From an uncultured Chloroflexia bacterium (lineage in GTDB: Bacteria > Chloroflexota > Limnocylindria > Limnocylindrales > CSP1-4): a stretch of 64,000 nucleotides of DNA. Under the pieces are notes generated by a model. It saw nothing but the letters and a program-made list of their open reading frames with translations, made no database searches and had not been told where the DNA came from. Positions 51,273 to 61,169 of this stretch are shown here, in pieces. Numbering within the stretch: position 1 is the first letter of the stretch; each line of letters starts with the position of its first letter. The stretch is taken from positions 256,001-320,000 of the forward strand of contig CAWFXA010000002.1 of the NCBI GenBank assembly GCA_963819655.1. Reading direction: 5' to 3'. The position numbers and the translations under genes were made by a program.

Positions 51273-53552
51273 ATGTCTCCCTTCGATCGACTCGGCCGCT
51301 TCGTCGTGCGCCGCGCACGGCTGGTCGTCGCGGCGTGGGCGGTGCTGATCGCGATCGCGCTGCCCTTCGCGCCGCAGGTCCCCGACGCACTGAGCGCCGG
51401 CGGCTTCATCCGGGATGACCTGGAGTCCGCGCGCGCGAAGACGCTGCTGGAGCAGGAGCTCGACGTGCCGCCGTCGGCGCTGGTCGTCGCGTTCCACAGC
51501 GATGAGCTCACGGCCGGGAGTCCCGCCTTCGAGACGGCCGCGGCGGCGGCGATGCGCGACATCCCGACGGCGCCCCACGTCGTTCGCGTCATCTCGCATC
51601 TCCTGCAGCCGCGCCAGGTCTCGGCGGATGGCCACACCGCGTACGACATCGTCCTGCTCGACCTGCCGGCCGACGACTCGCCCGATGCCCTCCCGATCCT
51701 CCGCGAACGCCTGCACGAAGCGCCCGGCCTGACCGTCGAGCTGGCGGGCGGGCCGGCGTTCTACGGCGACGTCCAGGAGGTGAGCGAGCGAGACCTCCAG
51801 CGGAGCGAGGTCATCTCGCTGCCGCTCGCGGCGCTCGCCCTGCTGCTGGTCTTCGGCTCGCTGGTCGCGGCCGGGGTCCCACTCGTGGTCGGCGGATCGA
51901 GTGTGCTCGTCGCGCTCGCGGCGATCTTCGTCGTCGCCTCGTTCACACCGATGAGCATCTTCGTCCTCAACCTCGCGACGCTGCTCGGGCTCGGTCTGGG
52001 CGTCGACTACTCGCTCCTTCTCACGAGTCGCTTCCGCGAGGAGCTGGCCAAACGGCCGGCCGACGATCCGACGCGCGTCCAGGAGGCCGTCCGGATCACC
52101 GTGGCCACCGCCGGCCGCGCCGTGTTCTTCAGCGGCCTGACCGTGTTGCTCGGCCTGCTCGGTCTCGTCCTGTTCGAGTTCATGATCCTGCGGTCGGTGG
52201 GGATCGCCGGAGCCATCGTCGTCGGCTTTGCCGTGCTCGCGGCGCTGACGCTGCTCCCTGCCCTGCTCGCGCTGTTCGGCCAGCACCTCGACCGGCTGGC
52301 GGTCCGCCGCGTGGAGCCGCGACCGGCCGCGGAGGGACCATGGGCCAGGCACGCCCGTCGCGTGATGCAGCGACCCCTGGTCTTTTTCATCCCGACCCTC
52401 GGGCTGCTGCTGCTTCTCGGGTCGCCATTCCTGCACGTCCGGTTCAACTCGCCCGACGCGAGCATCCTGCCCGCCGACGTCCCGTCGCGCGCGGCGTTCG
52501 ATCGTCTCCGCGATGCGTTCGGGGAAGGCGAATTCGCGCCGATCGCGATCGCGGTGAGGACGAACGGGAATGCCACCGACCCGGAGAATGTCGCGGCGCT
52601 GTTCGACTACAGCCGCCGCATCGCGGCCGACCCGCGCGTGACCCGGGTCGAGGGCCTCGTCGACATCGACCCGAGACTCACGCTCTCCCAGTACCAGCTG
52701 ATGTATGCGGACCCGAACGGTCCGCGCGACCGTTTCGTTGCGATCGCGCTGGGCGCGACGACCAAGGCCGACCTCACGGCGTTCACGATCACGACACCGT
52801 TCGGCCCGAACCGCGACGAGGGTCGGGCGCTCGTCCGTGACCTGCGCGCGGCCGCCGGGCCCCTTGCAGCACCCGACGGCACGACGGTCCTGGTCGGGGG
52901 TGGGGCGGCCGACGTGGCCGACGTCGTCGATGGCGTGGCCGCCGACTTCCCGCGCACCGCGGTCTTCATCATCGTGACGACCTACATCGTGCTGTTCGCC
53001 CTGCTCCGGTCGGTGATCCTGCCGGCCAAGGCGCTGATCCTGAACGCGCTGTCGCTGACCGCGAGCTTCGGCGCCCTCGTGTGGATCTTCCAGGACGGCA
53101 ACCTGTCGGCGCCGCTGGGGTTCCAGCCCGTCGGGTTCGTCGAGACGACACAGCCGGTGATCCTGTTCTGCGTGCTGTTCGGCCTGTCGATGGACTACGA
53201 GGTCTTCCTGCTGTCGCGCATGAAGGAGGTCTGGGACACGACCGGCGACAACACCGAGGCGGTCGCCCGCGGCCTCGAGCGGAGCGGGCGCATCGTCACC
53301 TCGGCGGCGTTGATCGTGGTGGTCGTGGCCGGCTCGTTCGCCTTCGCCGACATCGTGCTGATCAAGGCGCTCGGGCTCGGGGTCGCGATCGCGGTGGCGC
53401 TCGACGCGACCGTGGTCCGGGCGCTGCTCGTGCCGTCGACGATGAAGCTGCTCGGTCGTTGGAACTGGTGGATGCCTGCCTCGCTGGAGCGGTTCGTGGC
53501 CAACCGCCTGCCGGCATCCGAGGCCGAGACCGAGGCGGCGGCGGCCCGATGA
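51273..53552 (+). CDS. MMPL/RND family transporter
   Basis: GLGLGVDYSLL..RFREE, TAGRAVFFSG, FGLSMDYEVFLLSR, ALDATVVR, LLGRWNWW. Confidence 0.93.
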   Translation: MSPFDRLGRFVVRRARLVVAAWAVLIAIALPFAPQVPDALSAGGFIRDDLESARAKTLLEQELDVPPSALVVAFHSDELTAGSPAFETAAAAAMRDIPTAPHVVRVISHLLQPRQVSADGHTAYDIVLLDLPADDSPDALPILRERLHEAPGLTVELAGGPAFYGDVQEVSERDLQRSEVISLPLAALALLLVFGSLVAAGVPLVVGGSSVLVALAAIFVVASFTPMSIFVLNLATLLGLGLGVDYSLLLTSRFREELAKRPADDPTRVQEAVRITVATAGRAVFFSGLTVLLGLLGLVLFEFMILRSVGIAGAIVVGFAVLAALTLLPALLALFGQHLDRLAVRRVEPRPAAEGPWARHARRVMQRPLVFFIPTLGLLLLLGSPFLHVRFNSPDASILPADVPSRAAFDRLRDAFGEGEFAPIAIAVRTNGNATDPENVAALFDYSRRIAADPRVTRVEGLVDIDPRLTLSQYQLMYADPNGPRDRFVAIALGATTKADLTAFTITTPFGPNRDEGRALVRDLRAAAGPLAAPDGTTVLVGGGAADVADVVDGVAADFPRTAVFIIVTTYIVLFALLRSVILPAKALILNALSLTASFGALVWIFQDGNLSAPLGFQPVGFVETTQPVILFCVLFGLSMDYEVFLLSRMKEVWDTTGDNTEAVARGLERSGRIVTSAALIVVVVAGSFAFADIVLIKALGLGVAIAVALDATVVRALLVPSTMKLLGRWNWWMPASLERFVANRLPASEAETEAAAAR

Positions 53553-53677
53553 AAGCGAGCTTCTGCCCGGTGTCGCCTCAGGGTCGACGCCAGGGGCTCC
53601 AGGGAAATCGAGGGTCACGCTCAGAGGGAGTGCGTCGCGTGACAGGCGACGAGATACCGGGCTACGGCCGCTTGGCG

Positions 53678-54922
53678 ATGATTCGAGCCCTCCGCGTCGC
53701 CTCACAGGCGACACGATCGGCCGCGATCTTCCTGGCGCTTGCCCTGATCGCTGGCTGCACCACGAGTGGCTCGCCGATCCTCGCCAACCCACCGGCGCCG
53801 CGTCCGTCGATCGCGCCACCGAGCGCCGCGCCGAGCCCACCCGCCGATCCGTTTCCGATCGCCCTGCCACGGGATGACGGCCCGCACGACCGCCTGACCG
53901 AGTGGTGGTACTACACCGGCCACCTCATCGGCAGCCCCGCGAACGTGGACGCAAGCTACTCCGCGAACCCGCCGAGTTTCGGCTTCGAGTTCGTGATCTT
54001 TCGCGCCGAGCGCGGCTCCTTCCCGACCACCTGGGCATCGCACCTGGCCATCACCGACGAGAACGGTGACGGCTTCTCCTACGCCCAGCGGACCCAGGTT
54101 GGCGATGTCGTCGACCGCTCACCGCGCGGAAGCGATGGCACGCCGAGCGGCTTCGACCTCGAGCTCACCGGTTCGGATCCCAACCGTCCTGAGACCGCGG
54201 CTCGTCCGCCGTGGCAGATGAGCGGACGCAACGGCTCCGATCGCCTCCGGGCGACACTCGCCCCGGACGAGGCGGCGGCGGCCGGCGTCCCAGCCCTGTC
54301 GTTGTCGCTGTCGCTGGCGAGCCGGAAGCCACCGGCGCTCCACGACCGCGACGGCTGGATCGACTTCGGACCCGCTGGCGGCTCGTACTACTACTCGCGG
54401 ACGTCGATGGAGGCCGAGGGGTCGCTGCTGCTGGGCGAAACGACGTATCGCGTGGTCGGCGACGCGTGGTTCGACCATCAGTGGGGCGACTTCATCAGCG
54501 TCGGCGGCGGCGGCTGGGACTGGTTCGCCGTCAACCTCGAGGACGGCACCGACGTGACGCTGTCGCTCGTGCGTGACACGGATGGGTCCTATCCCCTGGT
54601 CTACGGCACGATCGTGGACCCGGAGGGGGCGACGCGTCACCTCGAGCGCGATGCGTTCACGGTATCGGCGACCCGGCAGTGGACGAGCCCGACGACCGGG
54701 GCGACCTATCCCGCGGGCTGGTCGATCGCGATCCCTGGCGAGCGACTCGCGATCGACCTCGAGCCGACGGTCGCGGCGCAGGAGCTCGACACGCGCCCGT
54801 CGACGGGTGTCGTGTACTGGGAGGGGTCACAGATCGTCAGCGCGCGGCGTGGGCCCGCGGCGTTGACCGGCGAGGCGTATGTCGAGCTGACCGGCTACGG
54901 GCCGGCCGGCGTCGCGCCCTGA
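53678..54922 (+). CDS. Lipocalin-like/CrtC (AttH-like) domain lipoprotein
   Basis: Lipobox IAGC; TEWWYYTGHL, SYYYSR, AWFDHQWG, GWDWF, YWEG, YVELTGY; alternative in-frame start at 53549. Confidence 0.85.
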   Translation: MIRALRVASQATRSAAIFLALALIAGCTTSGSPILANPPAPRPSIAPPSAAPSPPADPFPIALPRDDGPHDRLTEWWYYTGHLIGSPANVDASYSANPPSFGFEFVIFRAERGSFPTTWASHLAITDENGDGFSYAQRTQVGDVVDRSPRGSDGTPSGFDLELTGSDPNRPETAARPPWQMSGRNGSDRLRATLAPDEAAAAGVPALSLSLSLASRKPPALHDRDGWIDFGPAGGSYYYSRTSMEAEGSLLLGETTYRVVGDAWFDHQWGDFISVGGGGWDWFAVNLEDGTDVTLSLVRDTDGSYPLVYGTIVDPEGATRHLERDAFTVSATRQWTSPTTGATYPAGWSIAIPGERLAIDLEPTVAAQELDTRPSTGVVYWEGSQIVSARRGPAALTGEAYVELTGYGPAGVAP

Positions 54923-54925
54923 GAC

Positions 54926-55723
54926 CTACCGGGCGGGGACGAGCGGCGGCAGCTCCAGGTCGGCGCTCGCGGCAAGTCCACGCGAGGCTGCGTCCAGGTC
55001 GGTCAGTCCGTCCATCAGCGCGAGCATCTGCCGACCAGCGTCGACGTAGGCACGCTCGTTCGTGAGCGAGGCCGACAGGCCCTCGTCCGCGATGCGGCCG
55101 ATCGAGGCGTAGAAGGCGCCCAGCGCCATCGAGACAGCGTCGCCGTCATCCCATTTTGCGACCGAGGGCGCGAGTCGATCGCCGAAGGAAGCGGTCGACG
55201 CAAGGCCGCGCAGGAGTGGCGCGATCTCCGCGGATGACGGCTTCGTCGCGGCAAGCGCGGTCGCCAGCAGTTCGGCATCGGCCAGGAGGCGCTGGTTCAC
55301 GACGGTCGATTGACGAAGCGCGGACAGGGCAGCGGCTGGCACGAGCGGGGCGACGGGAGGCGGCGCGGCGGTGACGACCGGCGCCCCGGACGTCGCAGGT
55401 GCGACTGACGGGACCACGGCGACCGGCGGCTGGACGATCGGGAGCGCGGCCGGCTGACCACCGCTCATCGCCAGCGCGACGATGCCGCCGCCGACGGTCA
55501 GGCCGGCGACGAGCCCGAGGGCGACGAACCCGCCGACCTTCAGAAGCGGGACGCCCGCCACGAGGCGCGTCCCGCACCCGGCGCAGCGTGACACGCCCAC
55601 GGCCAGCGGCCGGGAGCACCGCGGGCACAGGAAGATGTTCGCGTCGGGGACACCGATCGCGACGTCCTCTGGCGATGAGTCGCGGCCCCGTTCGAGGGGA
55701 CCGTGGAGCGCGTCGATGGTCAT
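54926..55723 (-). CDS. Hypothetical protein with Zn ribbon, TM anchor and helical C-terminal domain
   Basis: CPRC..CAGC, then a TM segment and Pro-rich linker. Confidence 0.7.
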   Translation of the reverse strand: MTIDALHGPLERGRDSSPEDVAIGVPDANIFLCPRCSRPLAVGVSRCAGCGTRLVAGVPLLKVGGFVALGLVAGLTVGGGIVALAMSGGQPAALPIVQPPVAVVPSVAPATSGAPVVTAAPPPVAPLVPAAALSALRQSTVVNQRLLADAELLATALAATKPSSAEIAPLLRGLASTASFGDRLAPSVAKWDDGDAVSMALGAFYASIGRIADEGLSASLTNERAYVDAGRQMLALMDGLTDLDAASRGLAASADLELPPLVPAR

Positions 55724-55805
55724 GACGTGCCCAGTCTGCGTCGGTCAGGTGCGAATCCCAGTCGGACGAAGGTCCCGCGCAAACCGGTACCCATCGTGGT
55801 GCCAT

Positions 55806-55834
55806 TGGACACACCAACTGAGACTCAGTATCAT
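55806..55834 (+). promoter_or_regulatory. Promoter with overlapping Fur/Zur 7-1-7 box
   Basis: TGGACA (55806-55811)-17 bp-TATCAT (55829-55834); TGAGACT-C-AGTATCA (55819-55833) overlaps the -10. Confidence 0.7.
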
Positions 55835-55843
55835 CTCGATGCC

Positions 55844-56272
55844 ATGACCGACTCGACCGCAGTCCAGGACGCGCTCGACGAGGCCGGCTATCGCCTGACC
55901 GAGGCGCGCCGCTCGATCGCCGACCTGATCGCAGCCCGCAACGGCCATTTCACCGCCGCCGACCTCGTGGCCGATGCCCGCGCTCAGCGGCTCGGGATCG
56001 GCCGCGCGACGATCTTCCGGACACTGGACGTCCTGGTGGACGTCCAGGCAGTGGAGCGGCTCGACCTGCCCACGGGCGACCACGCCTACGTCGCCTGCGA
56101 GCGCGCGCACCACCACCATGTCGTGTGTTCGAACTGCGGCGCGAGTCGCGACATCGACGACGCCGGCTGGCGAGCCGTCGTCCGTGACGTCGAACGTCGG
56201 ACCGGCTACCGGATCGACGACCACCGGCTCGAGCTGTTCGGCGTCTGCCCGGACTGCAAGACCGCCCAGTAG
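55844..56272 (+). CDS. zur: Fur family regulator, Zur-like
   Basis: GYRLTEAR, HFTA, ATIFRTL, HHHHVVCSNCG, HRLELFGVCPDC; upstream of znuACB. Confidence 0.8.
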   Translation: MTDSTAVQDALDEAGYRLTEARRSIADLIAARNGHFTAADLVADARAQRLGIGRATIFRTLDVLVDVQAVERLDLPTGDHAYVACERAHHHHVVCSNCGASRDIDDAGWRAVVRDVERRTGYRIDDHRLELFGVCPDCKTAQ

Positions 56273-56294
56273 ACCCGGCACGAAGGAGCCCGAG

Positions 56295-57227
56295 ATGAGC
56301 CACGCGCGCCCGACACTGAGACTGGATATCAGTTCGAGACCGCTCTTCGCCGGGCTGGCGATGATCGCCCTTGTCCTCGGAGCGTGTTCGCCCGGGACGG
56401 CCTCAGGGGCCCCGGCAGCCGACACGCTGCGCGTCGTCGCGACGACGACGGTGTTCGCCGACATCGTCGGCGCGATCGGCGGCCCTCACGTGACGGTCGA
56501 CTCGATCGTCCCCGCTGGGTCCGGTCCCGAGGACTACGAGCCGCGTCCCGAGGACGCTCGCAAGATCTCCGAGGCGCAGCTCATCGTCTCGAATGGCGTC
56601 GGGCTCGATGACTTCCTGACCGGCATCATCGACGCCGCGGGGAGCGCCACGGCCGAGCGGCTGGTCCTCGGCGACGGCATCCCGACCATCACGCTCGACG
56701 GCGAGGCGAACCCCCATTTCTGGCTCGACCCGTCGTTGGTCGAGCAGTACTACGTCCCCGCCATCCGTGACACCCTGACCCGGCTCATCCCCTCGGCCAA
56801 GTCCCACATCGAAGCGTCGGCGACAGCCTATGCCGCCTCGCTCCGCGAACTCGACGAGGCGAACCGCACGAAGCTGGCCGTCATCCCGGCCGAGCATCGC
56901 AAGCTCGTCACCTTCCACGACGCCTTCCCGTATTTCGCGGCGCATTACGACTTCGAGCTGGTCGGCGTGATCCTCGAAAACCCGGGTCAGGAGCCGTCGG
57001 CAGCCGATCTTGCCGCTCTCGTCCGGACCATCAAGGACGCTGGCGTCACGGCGGTGTTCTCGGAGGCGCAGTTCGATCCGAAGCTGGCGCAGACGCTCGC
57101 CGACGAGGCGGGCATCACCAAGGTGGTCACGACCCTGTATAACGATTCCCTCGGTCCGGCACCTGCCGATACCTACATCGGACTCATGACCTGGGACGTT
57201 GACGAGATCGTGAAAGCCCTGGAATGA
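56295..57227 (+). CDS. znuA: Zn/Mn ABC transporter substrate-binding lipoprotein
   Basis: Lipobox LGAC, VVATTTV, YEP.P, NPHFWLDP, TFHDAFPYFA. Confidence 0.85.
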   Translation: MSHARPTLRLDISSRPLFAGLAMIALVLGACSPGTASGAPAADTLRVVATTTVFADIVGAIGGPHVTVDSIVPAGSGPEDYEPRPEDARKISEAQLIVSNGVGLDDFLTGIIDAAGSATAERLVLGDGIPTITLDGEANPHFWLDPSLVEQYYVPAIRDTLTRLIPSAKSHIEASATAYAASLRELDEANRTKLAVIPAEHRKLVTFHDAFPYFAAHYDFELVGVILENPGQEPSAADLAALVRTIKDAGVTAVFSEAQFDPKLAQTLADEAGITKVVTTLYNDSLGPAPADTYIGLMTWDVDEIVKALE

Positions 57228-58070
57228 CCATCGCCCTCGACGCGGTCCGGGAGTCCGCGCCCTCGGTCGTGACCGTCGCCTTCCGCGACGTGACCGTGGC
57301 GTATGGCGACCGGATCGCGCTCGAGGACGTCGATCTCGAGATCCAGGCCGGGTCGCTGCTCGCGGTCATCGGGCCGAACGGGGCGGGCAAGAGCACGCTC
57401 CTCAAGGCGATCGCCGGGCTCATCGAACCCGTCAGGGGATCGATCGAGGTGCTCGGCGGCCCGCCCGGCCAGGAGGCGCGGCGGATCGCCTACGTGCCGC
57501 AGGCCGAGCTCGTCGACTGGGCGTTCCCGGTCACGGTCGGTGACGTGGTGATGATGGGTCGCGTGCCTCTCATCGGGTTCGGCCGGTCGCCGTCGGCGCG
57601 TCGATCGGCGGGCTGTCCAGGAGGCGCTCGAGACGGTCGGCATGGCCGGGGAGGATCGACGCCAGGTCGGCTCCCTGTCGGGCGGCCAACGCCGGCGCGT
57701 GTTCCTTGGCCGCGCCCTCGCGGCCAAGCCGGACCTGTACCTGCTCGACGAGCCGGTCACCGGCGTCGACGCCACGACCGAGGAGGACCTGATGGAGGTC
57801 CTCGCGGGAGAGGCCGCCGCCGGGCGGACGGTCATCGCCAGCACGCACGACCTTGCGGCGGCCGCGCAACATTTCCACGAGGTCGCCCTCGTCAACGGCC
57901 GCGTCGTGGCGATAGGTCCCTCGACGCTCGTGATGGATCGCGAGCTGTTGCGCACGACCTACGGCGGCCACGTCGTCGTGCTGCCGGAAGGCGAGGGGAT
58001 CATCGACGACGCCCACCACCACGACGATGCGCCGGCCGGCGAGCGCCACTTCCACGAGGGCCGTCGGTGA
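57224..58070 (+). CDS. znuC: Zn/Mn ABC transporter ATP-binding protein (frameshift near 57595)
   Basis: GPNGAGKST, AYVPQ, LSGGQRRRV, LLDEP, THDL, His-rich tail. Confidence 0.85.
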
Positions 58071-58927
58071 GCGTCCTGGAGTTCTTTCTCGACCCGATGC
58101 GCTTCGGGTTCATGCAGCGCGGGCTCGTCGCCGCGATCCTGGTCGGGATCGTGTGCGCGGTGATGGGCGCCTTCGTGGTGCTGCGCGGCCTGGCCTTCAT
58201 CGGCGACGCGGTGAGCCACGCGGCGTTCCCCGGCCTCGTCATCGCGTTCCTGCTCGGCATCCCGCTGTACATCGGCGGGGCGATCGCGGCGGTCGCGACC
58301 GCGCTGGCCATCGGCTGGGTCTCGCGGCGTGGCGGGCTGCGGTTCGATACCGCTGTCGGGGTGCTGTTCGCCGGCATGTTCGCTCTCGGCATCGCGCTCT
58401 TCAGCTCGATCGACGACTACGTGGCCGACCTGTTCAGCTACCTGCTGGGGAACGTGCTCGGGATCTCGTTCGGGGACATCGTCCAGGTGACGGTGCTCGG
58501 GCTGATCGTCCTCGTCGTCGTGTTCTTGCTGCGCAAGGAGTTCCTGTACGCGTCGTTCGACCCGGCGGGAGCGGCGGCGTCCGGGTTGCCCGTCGAGATG
58601 CTCGACTACCTCATGCTCGGTCTGATCGGGGTCACGATCGTCGTCAGCATCCAGACCGTCGGGATCATCATGGTCGTCGCGATGCTGGTGACGCCCGCGG
58701 CGACGGCACAGCTGCTGGTCGATCGGTTCTGGGATCTCGTGCGTGTCGCCATCGCCGTGGCGGTCCTGTCTGCGATCGTCGGGCTGTACCTGAGCTACTA
58801 CCTCAACGTCGCGTCGGGCGCGTCGATCGTGCTCGTCGAGACCCTGTGCTTCGTCATCGCGCTGCTGTTCTCGCCGCGGACCCGCGGGTTGCGCCGCCGG
58901 CGTCGGGAGGTCACGGCCAGGGCCTGA
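58067..58927 (+). CDS. znuB: Zn/Mn ABC transporter permease
   Basis: FIGDAVSHAAFPG, YLLGNVL, SFDP, VTPAATA. Confidence 0.88.
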   Translation: MSVLEFFLDPMRFGFMQRGLVAAILVGIVCAVMGAFVVLRGLAFIGDAVSHAAFPGLVIAFLLGIPLYIGGAIAAVATALAIGWVSRRGGLRFDTAVGVLFAGMFALGIALFSSIDDYVADLFSYLLGNVLGISFGDIVQVTVLGLIVLVVVFLLRKEFLYASFDPAGAAASGLPVEMLDYLMLGLIGVTIVVSIQTVGIIMVVAMLVTPAATAQLLVDRFWDLVRVAIAVAVLSAIVGLYLSYYLNVASGASIVLVETLCFVIALLFSPRTRGLRRRRREVTARA

Positions 58928-58956
58928 CGGTCACGCAGTCCGGGCGCCGGACCCAG

Positions 58957-59778
58957 TCAGGAGCCGGTGACGAACTCACCGCCGTCGACGCTGATGATGT
59001 CGCCGTTGATGAAGTCGGTGCCATCCCCGGACAGGGCGAGGATGGCGTTCGCGACGTCCTGCGGCGTGGTCATCCGCCCGGTCGGGTTCCGCTTCATCGT
59101 GATGTCGATCATGGTCTGCGACTCGGGGATCTTGAGCAATGCCGGGGTCACCGTCACGCCTGCCCGGATGCAGTTCGCGGTCGCCCCGGTGTCATTCCTG
59201 GCCAGCTCCATCGCGAGCTGGCGGATGTGCGACTCGAGGGCCGCCTTGGCCGACGACACGACGCCGTACGACGGCACGACCCGGGTCGAACCCTCCGACG
59301 TCATCGCGTAGATCTTCGAGCCCTTGCCGAGGAACCCGCCTCGCCACAGGTCCTGGACCCAGTAGACGAGGCTGTTGGCCATGACGTCCTGGGTCATCTC
59401 CATCTTCTTGCGATCGACTGCCGCCTTGGGGTCCTCCGCCAGGAACGGCACGAGCGAGCCGAAGGCGAGCGAGTGCATCACGACCCGGACGTACGGATCG
59501 CGGCCCTCGGCGCGGGACCGTTCGAACCGCTCGCGCAACCGCTCGAGCGCCGCGGCGCGCTTCTCGTCGTCGGCCGCATTCGTATTGATATAGAGAGCTT
59601 CGGAGCCGGCCGCTTCGATGCCGGCCTTGACCTCTTCGACATGGGCCAGCGCGGCGCGGAAATCGAGGTGGATCCCAAAGATCCTGTAGCCGGCCTTGGC
59701 GAGTGTCAGCGCCGTCGCCTCGCCCATGCCGGACGACGCGCCGAGGATCAGCGCCCAGCGCTCGCGCTCATCGGTCAT
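58957..59778 (-). CDS. SDR oxidoreductase, enoyl-ACP reductase FabL/FabI-like
   Basis: LILGASSGMG, HSLAFG, YGVVSSAKAALE, GVTVTPAL, VDGG. Confidence 0.8.
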   Translation of the reverse strand: MTDERERWALILGASSGMGEATALTLAKAGYRIFGIHLDFRAALAHVEEVKAGIEAAGSEALYINTNAADDEKRAAALERLRERFERSRAEGRDPYVRVVMHSLAFGSLVPFLAEDPKAAVDRKKMEMTQDVMANSLVYWVQDLWRGGFLGKGSKIYAMTSEGSTRVVPSYGVVSSAKAALESHIRQLAMELARNDTGATANCIRAGVTVTPALLKIPESQTMIDITMKRNPTGRMTTPQDVANAILALSGDGTDFINGDIISVDGGEFVTGS

Positions 59779-59895
59779 GGTCGGGCGGGCCTCCGCGTGA
59801 CTGGGGGTCAGGGCGGCCCGAGTCTAGCAGCGGGCGGGACGCCACCGACCCGGTCGCGTGCAGGTCTGCACGGCCGGCTCCGTGGACCCGGTCGG

Positions 59896-61140
59896 CTAGA
59901 TGACGCCGTCCCGGCGCAGCGTTGCGATCTCCGACGCGTCGAAGCCCGCCTCCGCGAGGACCTCGTCCGTGTGCTCGCCAAGGAGCGGTGGCGCGGACCG
60001 GATCTCGCCGGGTGTCGTCTCGAATGCGATCGGGATCCCGACCTGGCGGAGCACGCCGAGGGCCGGGTGCTCGATCTCGACCGACATCCCGAGAGCGGCG
60101 GCTTCCGGTGTGTCGAACGCCTCCCCGATCTCGGCGATCGCGCCGTTCGGCACCTCGGCGGCATCAAGCGCAGCGGCCCACGCGGCCGTCGGCTGGCTGG
60201 CCAGGCGCGCGGCGATGAGCGGGCGGAGCGCAGCGCGGTGCTCGACGCGGTCACCGTTGGTGGCGAATCGCGGGTCCTCGGCAAGAGCCGGCAGGCCGAT
60301 CGCCTCGCAGAACCGCGGCCACTGCCGCTCCGAACCGACGGCCACGGCCAGCTCGCCGTCCGCGGTCGAGAACGTCTCGTACGGGACGATGTTCGGGTGG
60401 GCGTTGCCGCGCCGGCCGGGCGAGCGGCCGGTCACGAACGCGTTCTGGGCCTGGTTCACGAGGACCGCCAGCGTCGACCCGAGCAGCGACACGTCGACGC
60501 GCTGGCCGATGTCGGCGCTCCGGCCCGTGTCGGTCCGGGCGTGGAGGGCAGCCAGGATCCCGATGGCCGCGTACAACCCGGTGACGACGTCGCTGATCGC
60601 CACGCCGACCTTGGTCGGCCGTCCGCCGTCGGCGTCGGCATCTCCAGTGATCGACATCAGGCCACCGACGGCCTGGATCACGAAGTCGTAGCCGGGCCGC
60701 TCGGCCGCGCGACCGGTCCGCCCGTAGCCGCTGATCGCGAGGTGGACGAGGGCCGGATTGACGGACCGCAGAATCTCGTCGTCGAACCCGAGCCGGTCGA
60801 GCGCCCCCGGGCGGAAGTTCTCGACGAGGACGTCGGCGTCGGCGAGCAGCCGCCGCAGGACGTCGCCGCCCTCAGGCGTCTTCAGGTCGAGCCTGACCGC
60901 ACGCTTGTTGCGGTTCACCGCAAGGAAGTAGGCGGCTGTCCGCGTCCCGCGTTCGAGATCGCCGACCCACGGCGGTCCCCAGCCGCGCGTGGCGTCGCCG
61001 TCGGGCGGCTCGATCTTGATGACGTCCGCGCCGAGGTCGGCAAGGATCATCGTGGCGTACGGCCCGGCGAGCACCGTCGACAGGTCGATGATCCGGGTCC
61101 CCGACAACGGTCCCGCGTTGGCTGTGGGCTCGACCGGCAT
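59896..61140 (-). CDS. CoA transferase family III (CaiB/BaiF)
   Basis: LAGPYATMILADLGADVIKIE, NRNKR, ENFRPG, GYDFVIQA, PPLLGEHT. Confidence 0.93.
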   Translation of the reverse strand: MPVEPTANAGPLSGTRIIDLSTVLAGPYATMILADLGADVIKIEPPDGDATRGWGPPWVGDLERGTRTAAYFLAVNRNKRAVRLDLKTPEGGDVLRRLLADADVLVENFRPGALDRLGFDDEILRSVNPALVHLAISGYGRTGRAAERPGYDFVIQAVGGLMSITGDADADGGRPTKVGVAISDVVTGLYAAIGILAALHARTDTGRSADIGQRVDVSLLGSTLAVLVNQAQNAFVTGRSPGRRGNAHPNIVPYETFSTADGELAVAVGSERQWPRFCEAIGLPALAEDPRFATNGDRVEHRAALRPLIAARLASQPTAAWAAALDAAEVPNGAIAEIGEAFDTPEAAALGMSVEIEHPALGVLRQVGIPIAFETTPGEIRSAPPLLGEHTDEVLAEAGFDASEIATLRRDGVI

Positions 61141-61169
61141 GGCGGCGATGGTAGCGCCGCCGGGCCGCC

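Noticed and set aside
51156-53870. 904-aa minus-strand ORF
   Set aside because: Antisense shadow of the MMPL gene; Arg/Gly-rich with no motifs, expected at high GC
1578-58070. Numerous frameshifts as evidence of mass pseudogenisation or programmed frameshifting
   Set aside because: Single-base indels occur even in conserved backbone genes (znuC, permeases, dehydratase start) with intact motifs on both sides; sequencing error is the simpler explanation
57224-58927. Apparent ATPase-permease fusion (567 aa)
   Set aside because: Artefact of the frameshift near 57595; the ATPase C-terminal half is in ORF 57642-58070 and the permease has its own GTG at 58067
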